Below, piece by piece: positions 25,285 through 34,870 of a stretch of 36,940 nucleotides of DNA. A program made the translations under genes and the position numbers. Below the pieces are notes generated by a model. That model saw only the letters and a program-made list of their open reading frames with translations. It did no database searches and had not been told where the DNA came from. The number at the start of each line of letters is the position of its first letter. Position 1 is the stretch's first letter. The DNA is from Octopus bimaculoides (lineage: Eukaryota): NCBI RefSeq assembly GCF_001194135.2, contig NC_068981.1:197244984-197281923 (forward strand), read 5' to 3'.

Positions 25285-25380
25285 AAGACTGCTGCTGATC
25301 AAGTGGACACTTTGGCACCCAGACATGATCCTTTAGCCTTTAATGCCCTTGTGATGCCAAGACCAAGCCAGGACCATCAG
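25285..25380 (+). CDS. RAD54B: RAD54B coding exon 9: KTAADQVDTLAPRHDPLAFNALVMPRPSQDHQ
   Basis: Acceptor ttctAG, donor CAG|GTTTGT. Matches human KPRHDPYTPNSLVMPRPDKNHQ. Confidence 0.93.
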
Positions 25381-25836
25381 GTTTGTTGCATTTGCTTCAG
25401 TTGCAGTATTGTTTTAACATCCGCTTTTCCATATTTGCAAAGTGCGGATGGAGTGTTTTGAGGCAGATTTCCTATGGTAGGGCATGGTTTTTGAATGAAC
25501 AACACTGCTTGTATGGCAGTGACACTCATTTACAACTGTCATACGATGTCAAGACAAGGACTGCCCCCCCCCCCCCAAATTTCAGACCTTGTGCCTAGAG
25601 TAGAAAAGAAAATATATTTTATGAGTGCTCTCACCTGCTAACCACTCTTGTGTGTCCGCTTTTTGCAGAAAGTTCTTCATCTCTGTTACCCTGCTTGTGG
25701 TCCCATTATACATACAAACATTTGGTTGCAAATGCATATGTCATACACATATAGGTATATAATTCTTTTATTCTTTCCTGTGTTTCAGCCCAAAGGGTGT
25801 GGCCATACCAGGGCACTGTCAGTGTGTTTGTGTATG

Positions 25837-25876
<40 letters not shown>

Positions 25877-26204
25877 GTGTTATAACACTATTCCACATAT
25901 ACGAAAACAACCATACCAACAATCCAACATACCTTCATCATCAGCTGCCCCACAGATATCATTGTGGTTTTGACACCTTAATCCCTTGCCTCATCGCGGT
26001 TCACCTATCGTGCACTCAGTACATTGCGGATTTTTCTGGTTAATATGTGTAAATTTATATCGCGGACTCTTCAGTATGTCTGGGTTTCTGCAGCCGATAG
26101 GTCTTGATCTGATCTAGTTTCAGCTCGTGCTCTGGCCATGCTGGGGCACCACCATTTGGTTGTGCTACATAATTTTACTTCACTAATTCATTTTTTAGAA
26201 ATTG

Positions 26205-26940
26205 ACCTTTGATGCATGAGGGCGTTTGATGCTGCTGCCCTCGTCTGTACTTCCTGCTGTGAAGTTGGTTCATCTGGGACACTTGACAGTAAGAGGTCTA
26301 GTTTTGTTTTAAAGACACATCCACCCCATGTAGGTGTCTCAGGTCCTTTGGGAAGATATTGAAGAGCTGTGGGCCTTTAAAGCCCAGGTTGTTGCAATAT
26401 CTTGTCCTATATCTTGATGGCAAAGTTGGAGTCTTTGGCACTATGCAGTGGTGCCCTGTTCTAGCATTAGTGTAACTCTCGATGCCAGAGTTTAGGACAA
26501 GTCGCTCTAGGGTCTTCTAGATGTATATTATGGTATATCTTTCCTGCCTACTTTCTAGGGAATAGTCTCAATCTCTTGAGTCTTTCCCAGTAGCTTACAT
26601 GCTGCATAGAGGCTATCTTTTTCGTGTAGCTTCATTGGATTGCTTTAAGTTCAGCAATTTTACACTGGTTGGTGACCATAGCTGGGAGCAATAGTCAAAG
26701 CAGCTTAGGACAAGTATCCTCCAGAGGACCATCATGATTTCCTGATCTCTCATTCTAAATGTTCTAAGAATCCATCCGGTCAGCCGCCTGCATTTCATTG
26801 CCAACTTAGCAACATACACATGGAAGGATGCATCATTACTCATGTAAATGCCCAGGTCTCACGCTGACTGTGCCTCTGGGATTGCAATCCCTCCAGGTCC
26901 AGTGTATTTAATTGGTATTGCATTTAGTTTTGCATGCTGA
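26205..26940 (-). mobile_element. Degenerate CR1/L2(Jockey-group) LINE ORF2 3' fragment
   Basis: Minus frames give DLGIYMSNDASF...GWILRTFRMRD...LVLSCFDYCSQLWSP, then SYWERLKRL, ERYTIIYI, GFKGPQLFNIFP and LDLLLSSVPDEP. Frameshifts and stops are present. Confidence 0.85.
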
Positions 26941-27006
26941 TAGATTTTAATTATTTCTGTGGGAGATTTTGGAACATAACACCTGTGATAGTCGAGGGAT
27001 TGCTGC

Positions 27007-27184
27007 ATAAAAGTTATGGCCGTTAGTCAGAGATTGACCATTGGTTTTGCACCTATAAAGCACTTAGCAGTATAAGTGACTCATCAGACTCAAATGCATT
27101 TGAGTCTGTTGCTTGTGTCTATATTACTAAGAACTTTATAGGTGCAAAACCGATGGTCACTCTGTGACCGACCATAACTTTTAT
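27007..27184. repeat. 178-bp imperfect fold-back palindrome with a perfect 24-bp central palindrome
   Basis: Arms ATAAAAGTTATGG...GGTTTTGCACCTATAAAG and CTTTATAGGTGCAAAACC...CCATAACTTTTAT. Core CAGACTCAAATGCATTTGAGTCTG at 27085-27108. Confidence 0.9.
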
Positions 27185-27776
27185 CTTCCTCTAAAATTGT
27201 ATTGCTGCTGTAATGCTTTAAAGCAGTGGTTCCCAACTTGGGGTTTGCAGACCCCTGGGAGTCTGCAAAGGCAGTACTGGGGGTCCGTGAACTAAATTCA
27301 AAATTTCGATGAAAGCTGGTAGTGGAGGCTCTGAAAGGGGTCTCAGGGAGCAGCGTCCCTGTCTTCCTGAGCTAGTTTTCCACCGCATTTCTTAAAAATC
27401 ATAGTAGAGGCCTCGGTCTCAGGACCACTTCTGTATAGAAACTGAGGTTGGGGGTAAGCAAGGGCATGCTCCCCATAGAAAATCCAGCCCCAAAAAAGTC
27501 TCATGATAGCAAAGGAGAATGGGCATCAGCCAGCCCAAAGATTGAGGTGGGCTGCACCTGCCTACCTCAGTTGCTATTGCATTGAGGTAGATCCAGCCAC
27601 ATCTGTTAATGGGGACAAAACCCAGATTTAAAACACTGGATGATGATGATGATGATATACATACGGATAAGCATATTAAAAGCGGTCTGTGGAAAAACTC
27701 ATTTAAATAGAAGGGTTGGGAATATGTGTCAGTGTGTATGTATGTATGTATGTATGTATATATATATATATATATA

Positions 27777-28515
27777 NNNNNNNNNNNNNNNNNNNNNNNN
27801 NNNNNNNNNNNNNNNNNNNNNNNNNNNNNNNNNNNNNNNNNNNNNNNNNNNNNNNNNNNNNNNNNNNNNNNNNNNNNNNNNNNNNNNNNNNNNNNNNNNN
27901 NNNNNNNNNNNNNNNNNNNNNNNNNNNNNNNNNNNNNNNNNNNNNNNNNNNNNNNNNNNNNNNNNNNNNNNNNNNNNNNNNNNNNNNNNNNNNNNNNNNN
28001 NNNNNNNNNNNNNNNNNNNNNNNNNNNNNNNNNNNNNNNNNNNNNNNNNNNNNNNNNNNNNNNNNNNNNNNNNNNNNNNNNNNNNNNNNNNNNNNNNNNN
28101 NNNNNNNNNNNNNNNNNNNNNNNNNNNNNNNNNNNNNNNNNNNNNNNNNNNNNNNNNNNNNNNNNNNNNNNNNNNNNNNNNNNNNNNNNNNNNNNNNNNN
28201 NNNNNNNNNNNNNNNNNNNNNNNNNNNNNNNNNNNNNNNNNNNNNNNNNNNNNNNNNNNNNNNNNNNNNNNNNNNNNNNNNNNNNNNNNNNNNNNNNNNN
28301 NNNNNNNNNNNNNNNNNNNNNNNNNNNNNNNNNNNNNNNNNNNNNNNNNNNNNNNNNNNNNNNNNNNNNNNNNNNNNNNNNNNNNNNNNNNNNNNNNNNN
28401 NNNNNNNNNNNNNNNNNNNNNNNNNNNNNNNNNNNNNNNNNNNNNNNNNNNNNNNNNNNNNNNNNNNNNNNNNNNNNNNNNNNNNNNNNNNNNNNNNNNN
28501 NNNNNNNNNNNNNNN
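27777..28515. other. Assembly gap (739 N)
   Basis: N-run. Other gaps: 4529-4773, 5842-6220, 7234-8081, 13736-13745, 14025-14673, 21617-21684, 24542-24570 and 33542-33707. Confidence 1.
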
Positions 28516-28705
28516 CGTGCGGGTGACACGTAAAAGCATCCACTACACTCTCTGAGTGGTTGGCGTTAGGAAGGGCATCCAGCTGTAGAAACTCTGCCAA
28601 ATCAGATTGGAGCCTGGTGTAGCCATCTGGTTTCACCAATCCTCAGTCAAATCGTCCAACCCATGCTAGCATGGAAAGCGGACGTTAAACAACGACGACG
28701 ATGAC
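28516..28705 (+). mobile_element. RTE 3' UTR copy (gap-truncated) with (ACG/ATG)n tail
   Basis: GAGTGGTTGGCGTTAGGAAGGGCATCCAGCTGTAGAAAC...CCATGCTAGCATGGAAAGCGGACGTTAAAC. Confidence 0.8.
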
Positions 28706-28936
28706 CATAAGTGAGGATAACACCAGACAATTCAGCCCACAAACAATAATCCAACTCGCTAAGGTGGCAAAATGGCAGAAACATTAGCACGCTGTACGAT
28801 ATGCTTAGTGGTATTTCATCTGTTCAAATTCTGCTGATAGAAATGGCAAGACTACAAACGAATGAAAGAAACCTCGATATTATGTAAATAGAGGAATTTA
28901 TCTGTACATAATATGTGACAATTATTCGGTAGCCAT

Positions 28937-28997
28937 GATAAAACTCCGAGTTTCGGATGCCAGGTCGGAAACCCACGCCACCATCTCTTCAGTTATC
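28937..28997 (-). ncRNA. Type I hammerhead ribozyme-like motif
   Basis: Minus strand reads GATAA-CTGAAGA-[GATG...CATC stem II]-C-GAAA-CT-CGG-AG-T-T-TTATC, with a 5-bp stem I and a 3-bp stem III. Confidence 0.65.
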
Positions 28998-29669
28998 TGG
29001 CCATTGAAAATTCCTATGAAAATGACCGTTAAACAAAAGGAAATTACAGTGTGATTGACTGTTACTAAGACAAAGGAGCTATTAGAATGACCACTAAGTG
29101 AGGGGAGGGAGTAAAGGTAAGGGAGTAAAAATGTCCATAGTATCCGCCTAAGCACACCAGTCCATACATACACATGTGCGCCTGCACACCCATGTACATG
29201 CGCCTATATGTATATACTCATCCACCCTCACTTGAAACACACACATGCTCACCCACACATTCGCCAAAACATATATGCATACCCGCATACACGTTTATAT
29301 ACACACATGCACAAAAAAGGTTCATACACGTTTATATACACACATGCACAAGAAAAAACAGGGCTAAAGGCAAAATACAGAAAAAAGTCTTAAAAAGCAA
29401 TAAGGGTAAAACACGTCCATATACGGACATACTCGCATACATAATGCTTAGTGGTATTTTGCCAATCGCTATGTTCTGAGTTCAATTTCCACCGAGGTCG
29501 GCTTTGCTTTTCATCCCTTAGGGGCTGATAAATTAAGTTCCAGTGAAATACTGGGGTCGATGCAATCAACTAGTCCCCTCCCCACAAATTTCAGGCCTTG
29601 TGCCTACAATAGAAAGGATTATTGTTATTATTATTATCATGTTGTTTTTTTTTTTGTTTTTTGTAACAG

Positions 29670-29717
29670 AGATGACATGGGGTTAGGGAAGACATTGCAG
29701 TGTATTGGGTTGTTGTG
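29670..29717 (+). CDS. RAD54B: RAD54B exon with helicase motif I (Walker A): (A)DDMGLGKTLQCIGLL(W)
   Basis: Acceptor taacAG, donor TG|GTGAGT. SNF2 motif I MGLGKT. The 5' boundary could alternatively be 29672. Confidence 0.95.
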
Positions 29718-29946
29718 GTGAGTATCTTGACATTTTTATTTAAAAGATATTTCTGGATTTCTGTTTATTAACCTTTTCTCCCACACTTTCAAAAAAAAAA
29801 AAGTCTTGGATAAAATAGCCAAATTATAATATCAGCAGCATAAGGAAGGATGCTTTATAATTGGAATTTCCCAAAACACAAAAGATGAAGACAAGTGTGT
29901 AAATAACAAACAGATGTATTAGTTTAACGCTCGGGAAGTGAGAAAG

Positions 29947-29982
29947 TCTTTTACGTTTCGAGCCTATGCTCTTCAACAGAGA
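29947..29982 (-). ncRNA. Minimal hammerhead-like motif (variant core CUGUUGA)
   Basis: Minus strand reads CTGTTGA-A-GAGC-ATAG-GCTC-GAAA-CG-T-A-AAAGA. Stem II is perfect, stem III is the palindrome ACGT, and stem I is weak. Confidence 0.5.
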
Positions 29983-30627
29983 GGAAACTTTATAACATTT
30001 GCTAGGGTGTGATTTAAGGGAAATTTAGTTGCTATTGATAGAATAAGTACAAGGCTTAAAGAAAAGTAACGGGGTCAATTTGTTCAACTAAAATACTTCA
30101 ATGATGTGCAGTCTAATAACGGAAAACAAGCAAAAGATAAAACCTGTGTGTGTGTGTGTGTGGATGGTTACATTCCTTTTTGTCTGAAAATGGTGATGTC
30201 CATGAACATTCCTTGTGACTAAATTATCCTCTAGTTGTGATGGGGTGGAGAGAATCAGAAAGTAGTAGTCCCTAATTTGGGGGTAGGGTAAGGCAGGAAA
30301 CAAAGGGAAGGGGGAGGATTAGTGACAGTGGTTATTGCGAAAATGTGTGTGGAAGGGTGATAGGATGGGTTATGTAGAGGGATCTTGGGTTCTTCTACAT
30401 TATAAGGACAGAAGGTGTGAAAGGAAAGGAAAAGGGAGAGGAACCCTGAGAGAATATATTTATAGCTTTGACAGAGGAAGGAATCCACCGCTTCTGATCT
30501 TTTTGTAGGGTTTCCAAAGTACTCTGATTCATGGGATTCTATGGTAGAGAACAGCCATACTGATTGGTAACACTCTCCAAATCCGTGCTACCCCTCACCT
30601 GCCGCATATTGCTTGCATCATATCTTT

Positions 30628-31045
30628 CATCATCATCATCATCATCATCATCGTTTAACGTCCGTTTTCCGTGCTGGCATGGGTTGGACGGTTCGACTGG
30701 GGTCTGGGAAGCCAGGCTCCAGTCTGATCTGGCAGTGTTTCTACAGCTGGATGCCCTTCCTAACGTCAACCACTCTGTGAGTGTAGTGGGTGCTTTTTAC
30801 GTGCCACCGCTATGGGGATCACAACTACAATTTCCATTTGATTTTCATTTTGATGTTGATGTACTTGACTCAATAGGTCTCCTCAAGCCCGGCTTGCTGC
30901 CCTACGATCCAAGTTACTTTTGAGTGGGCTGAGTTATGTGACACTGGGGTAGGTTACAGCTGTGAACTCACTTTATTAGCCGGGTCTTCGCAGTCACAGC
31001 ATATCTCCAGAGGTCTCTGTCTTTTGTCATTGCCTCTGTGAGGCT
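30628..31045 (-). mobile_element. 5'-truncated RTE LINE (ORF end, 3' UTR and (GAT)n tail)
   Basis: Minus strand gives LTEAMTKDRDLWRYAVTAKT, then the 3' UTR shared by many copies in the window, ending in ...GGACGTTAAACGATGATGAT. Confidence 0.8.
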
Positions 31046-31490
31046 TCTTTTACGGGTTTCAGTCATTTGACGGCAGCCATGCTGGAGCACCACCTTCAGA
31101 CAAACAAATTATTCTAGGACTTATTCTTTGTAAGCCTTTGTACTTATTTTATTGGTCTCTTTTGCCGAGCCACTAAGTTATGGGAGACATAAACACACCA
31201 ACACACAATGGGCTTCTTTCAGTTTCTGTCTACCAAATCCACTCACTAGTCTTTCATTAGCCCGAGGCTATAGAAGAAGACACTTGCCCAAGGTGCCATG
31301 CAGTGGGACTGAACCTGGAACCATGTGGTTGGGAAGCAAACTTCTTACCATACAGCCACTCCTGCACCTATTTCCAATAATGTTTATTTTTTTCATGAAA
31401 TGTCAAGTCAAGATTGTGTATTTTTAAAAGAATGTTTCTAAAATATTTTAATTGTTTTGTTGTAATTATTTCTTTTCCCTCTTTCAACAG

Positions 31491-31572
31491 GACATTGTAT
31501 AAACAGGGTCCCTATGGCGGTAAACCAATCTTACAACGAATTCTTATAGTAACACCAAGTAGTTTAGTCAAG
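31491..31572 (+). CDS. RAD54B: RAD54B exon: (W)TLYKQGPYGGKPILQRILIVTPSSLVK (motif Ia)
   Basis: Acceptor caacAG (phase 2), donor AAG|GTACAC. QGPYGGKP is characteristic of RAD54B. Confidence 0.95.
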
Positions 31573-31777
31573 GTACACCATTGACTTTCTTTCAACTGAT
31601 AATGTTTACTTTTTAATAATTACAGATATTGCATTAAAGCTCTGGCTTCTGATTTGGTCGACACTCACAAGATTATCCACCATCTTTCCAACAACAATCT
31701 GGGGCATCTTTTTGAATTCCATATGTCCAACACCCATGGACATGCTTACAAAATCAAAAAACAACACAGCACCTATC

Positions 31778-32040
31778 ATCATCATCATCATCATCATCAT
31801 TGAAATGGCTGCTTTCTATGCTGGCATGGTTTCAATAGTTTGGCTGAGGACTGGCAAGCTGGGAGATTGCACCAGGCTCCAATCTGATCTGGCAAGGTTT
31901 CTACAGCTGGATGCCCTTCCTTATGCCAACCACTCCGAGAGTGTAGTGGGTGCTTTTTATGTGCCACTGGCACGGGGACCAGTCAGGCAGCACTGGCATC
32001 GACCATGCTTGAATGGTGCTTTTTATGTGCCACATGCACA
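31778..32040 (-). mobile_element. RTE 3' UTR copy with (GAT)n tail
   Basis: Shared CCAATCTGATCTGGCA...CAGCTGGATGCCCTTCC...GTGGGTGCTTTTTATGTGCCAC block next to (CAT)n. Confidence 0.75.
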
Positions 32041-32049
32041 GGAGCCACA

Positions 32050-32290
32050 GAAACATTTTTCCACACTTAGAATCACTGAAGCATGGAATAAACTATCCAC
32101 ATCGGTTGTTAGTTGTCAGGACATCCTTCCAAATTTCCATGTCTTCCAAATTACACCTGATGTCACTCCTACTTTTTTCTTTAAAGACTCCTTCCCTGTT
32201 CCCTTCTTATGCATTATTCTATGTCCTGTTCATGCACTTTTTGTTACCTTATCTGATGAGTTGTGCATTTGAGTACAGTATACAATAAGT
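32050..32290 (+). mobile_element. CR1/L2-type LINE 3' end remnant
   Basis: FSTLRITEAWNKLSTSVVSC matches the typical F..R....WN.LP..VV C-terminus of LINE RT proteins. Confidence 0.65.
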
Positions 32291-32434
32291 TCATCGGCAA
32301 CTCATTTTTTGCCAGCTGAGTGGACTGGAGCAATGCGAAATAAAGTGTCTTGCTCAAGGACACAGTGCACTGCTGGGAATTGAACTCACGATCCTACGAT
32401 TGTGCATCAAATACCCTAACTACTAAGCTACATG

Positions 32435-32780
32435 CATCATCATCATCATTTAACCTCCGCTGTCCATGCTGGTATGGGTTGGACGGTCTGACCAGGGCTG
32501 GCCAGCTGCAAGGCACCACCAGACTCCAGTTTGGTTTGGCATGGTTTTCTATGGCTGGATGCCCTTCCTAACGCCAAGAGTGTAATGGGTGCTTTCATGT
32601 GCCACTGGCACGGGTGCCATTTGCGTGACATCGGTATCTGCCATGACTGCGATTTTGCCCGGCTTAATGAGTCTTCTTCTCAAGCATGACATAATGCCAA
32701 AGGTCTTGGTCATTGCCTCCGTGAGGCCCAGCGCTCGAAAGGAACTCAACCACTTTGCCTTCCAGTGCTTGAAAGGTGCT
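32435..32780 (-). mobile_element. 5'-truncated RTE LINE copy
   Basis: ALGLTEAMT motif, the shared 3' UTR and a (GAT)n tail. Confidence 0.75.
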
Positions 32781-32932
32781 TTTTCTTTGCTATTTAACAA
32801 TAAGACATAGTGGACTACACTCCACTACACTGCACTATACTATATAAAATACTACACTATGTACTATACTGTATCTCTGCTTTAATTCATTCTGTTTCCA
32901 GTTTATGTTTTAAAATCTGTTCATTTCTTTAG

Positions 32933-33013
32933 AATTGGTATCAAGAATTCAAGAAATGGTTAGGGACGGAACGTATTTCTGTATTTACTGTTGAAGCTGA
33001 CAAAAAAATAGAG
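32933..33013 (+). CDS. RAD54B: RAD54B exon: NWYQEFKKWLGTERISVFTVEADKKIE
   Basis: Acceptor tctttAG, donor GAG|GTAAGT. Matches human NWKKEFQKWLGSERIKIFTVDQDHKVE. Confidence 0.95.
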
Positions 33014-33707
33014 GTAAGTCTGTTTCTCTTTGTGCGTTTTGTAAGTTGTGGGATTGTGAAATTAGGACAGAAGTTTGCCAGTGTTTGAGGAAGATTTAGT
33101 AGTACAAAAATAATATTTGATGTTGTTATAATGGCACAGTAAAAGTCTGGGACTTATTCAATTGGTCTCTTCTACTGAACTGTTAAGATAGGAGGATGTC
33201 AACAAACCAACACCATGTGTCAAGCATCCGGGGGACAAATGCACACATATGTATGTAAGAAATTAAAATGACAAAGGAGTAAGAAAATTATGTTGTGAAC
33301 TCCATTAGCTTACAGCTGTTTCTGCTGCTACACACTGCAGTGCACTTACAGAGTACCTATGTATCACCCTAAAGCTTAAAAAATGAAGTGCAATGTTATT
33401 TGGAAAAGCATTTATATATATATATATATATATAAGAGGGATGGTATTATTAAAATACCATCATGAGTGGCAAGTGAATTATCAGCCGTACAGGCAAATT
33501 AATAAAGTATATGCATACAATATAAGATATGGACTTATAAANNNNNNNNNNNNNNNNNNNNNNNNNNNNNNNNNNNNNNNNNNNNNNNNNNNNNNNNNNN
33601 NNNNNNNNNNNNNNNNNNNNNNNNNNNNNNNNNNNNNNNNNNNNNNNNNNNNNNNNNNNNNNNNNNNNNNNNNNNNNNNNNNNNNNNNNNNNNNNNNNNN
33701 NNNNNNN

Positions 33708-33878
33708 ACATCGCTAAAAATAGGAGTCAAAAATACTTCTGTGCCACAGAATAGTCACAAATCTACTACAGGCATGATAGGAAATTTTTTCAGTGGAATT
33801 TTTTCCTGCTGTGCCTGTAGTAGATTTGTGACTATTCTGTGGCACAGAAATATTTTTGACTCCTATTTTTAGCAATGT
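33708..33878. repeat. 171-bp near-perfect fold-back palindrome (MITE-like)
   Basis: Arms of ~66 bp with 2 mismatches (ACATCGCTAAAAATAGGAGTC...CTACAGGCA and TGCCTGTAG...GACTCCTATTTTTAGCAATGT). Confidence 0.9.
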
Positions 33879-34720
33879 AGGTGCTCATGTAGTGCCCTTA
33901 TGTATATATATATGTATATATGTAGGAAATGAAGTAAGGAGTTCAAAATACTTGCCCAAGGTTTCCTTGCAGTGGGATTTAACCTGATCAAATAGTTGTA
34001 GAGTGAGCTTCTTAGCTACGCAGCCATACCAGTGCCTGATTTCTCTTTTAAGCAAAACAATACATTTATAAATGAGGAAGATGAGATTTGTGGTGTTCAT
34101 GCCTTTCTTAAGGGCTTCGATGGCATTCATCGAATTCAGATGGTTCAGTAGTCGTAGCCTAGTGGTGTTCTTCAGCTGTTGATGTTTGCTATGATTTGTA
34201 TGTACTTTGTGGGGACCATCCATCAGGAACTCCTTGTGGAAGGAACTTTTGAGTAAGCATTGGACTCATCAGTCACTTCAAAATCTGTCAATAACTATTT
34301 AAAAAAAAACAAACCCCAAGCCTGTCATCCTTGATCTTGAGGGATGGCCATGACAATGATTTTGTTGGCGTTTCATGCTGGTTTCAGCTCCTCCTGGTGT
34401 CTGTTCCAGGATATCTTATCTTGATTCACAATATGGAGAGAGATTTTAGCCTCTATGTGGTTGCCAGGCTTGCTAGAAATAGCAACTAAATCTCTCTTAA
34501 ACCATATCATACCCTCTAATATAGTCCAAAGTACATTAGTGTTAAAATAAATGTTGGAATGATCATATGTTGAATACCCTTTTGATCGAGGGTCAGCTTG
34601 ATTAGAATTGTCCTATGGCTAAATAATGAAAGTATAAACCCTCAACATTTGGTGTTCCAACAATAACAGTTTATTATAAGACATTCTTTACCAATGTTTA
34701 CTCTTATTTCTGATTCCCAG

Positions 34721-34870
34721 GAATATTTGTCATGTCCTAAATGTCCAGTGTTGATCATATCGTATGAGATGTTCCTACGAAATGTTAAGGAACTGGAAAA
34801 AGTGAGTTTTGACTTGATCATCTGTGATGAGGGCCACCGCCTTAAGAACACATCTATTAAAACATCAGCT
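34721..34870 (+). CDS. RAD54B: RAD54B exon with motif II: [50 protein letters not shown]
   Basis: Acceptor cccAG, donor GCT|GTAAGT. Contains VLIISYE and CDEGHRLKN. Confidence 0.96.

Larger units (their letters stand above)
8595..34870 (+). other. RAD54B: RAD54B gene span (5' half, 13 visible coding exons; 3' half outside the window)
   Basis: The spliced translation carries RAD54B hallmarks: MRRSIAPSQ start, YSVVWSKLSKKK/HKKWEGDAVL, GGKEI, PRHDP..ALVMPRP, motif I DDMGLGKTLQCI, motif Ia ILIVTPSSLVKNW and motif II (DEAH-type) [12 protein letters not shown]. The order matches the human RAD54B sequence as I recall it. Confidence 0.95.

Noticed and set aside
4511-28639. Long ORFs in the track (250-400 aa) at 7170-8195, 13868-14767 and 27419-28639, and shorter ones at 4511-4840 and 5823-6281
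   Set aside because: They consist mostly of X translated from N-gaps.
32253-32290. CTGATGAG in a LINE tail
   Set aside because: There is no downstream stem II or GAAA. It is part of the CR1/L2 remnant's 3' region.
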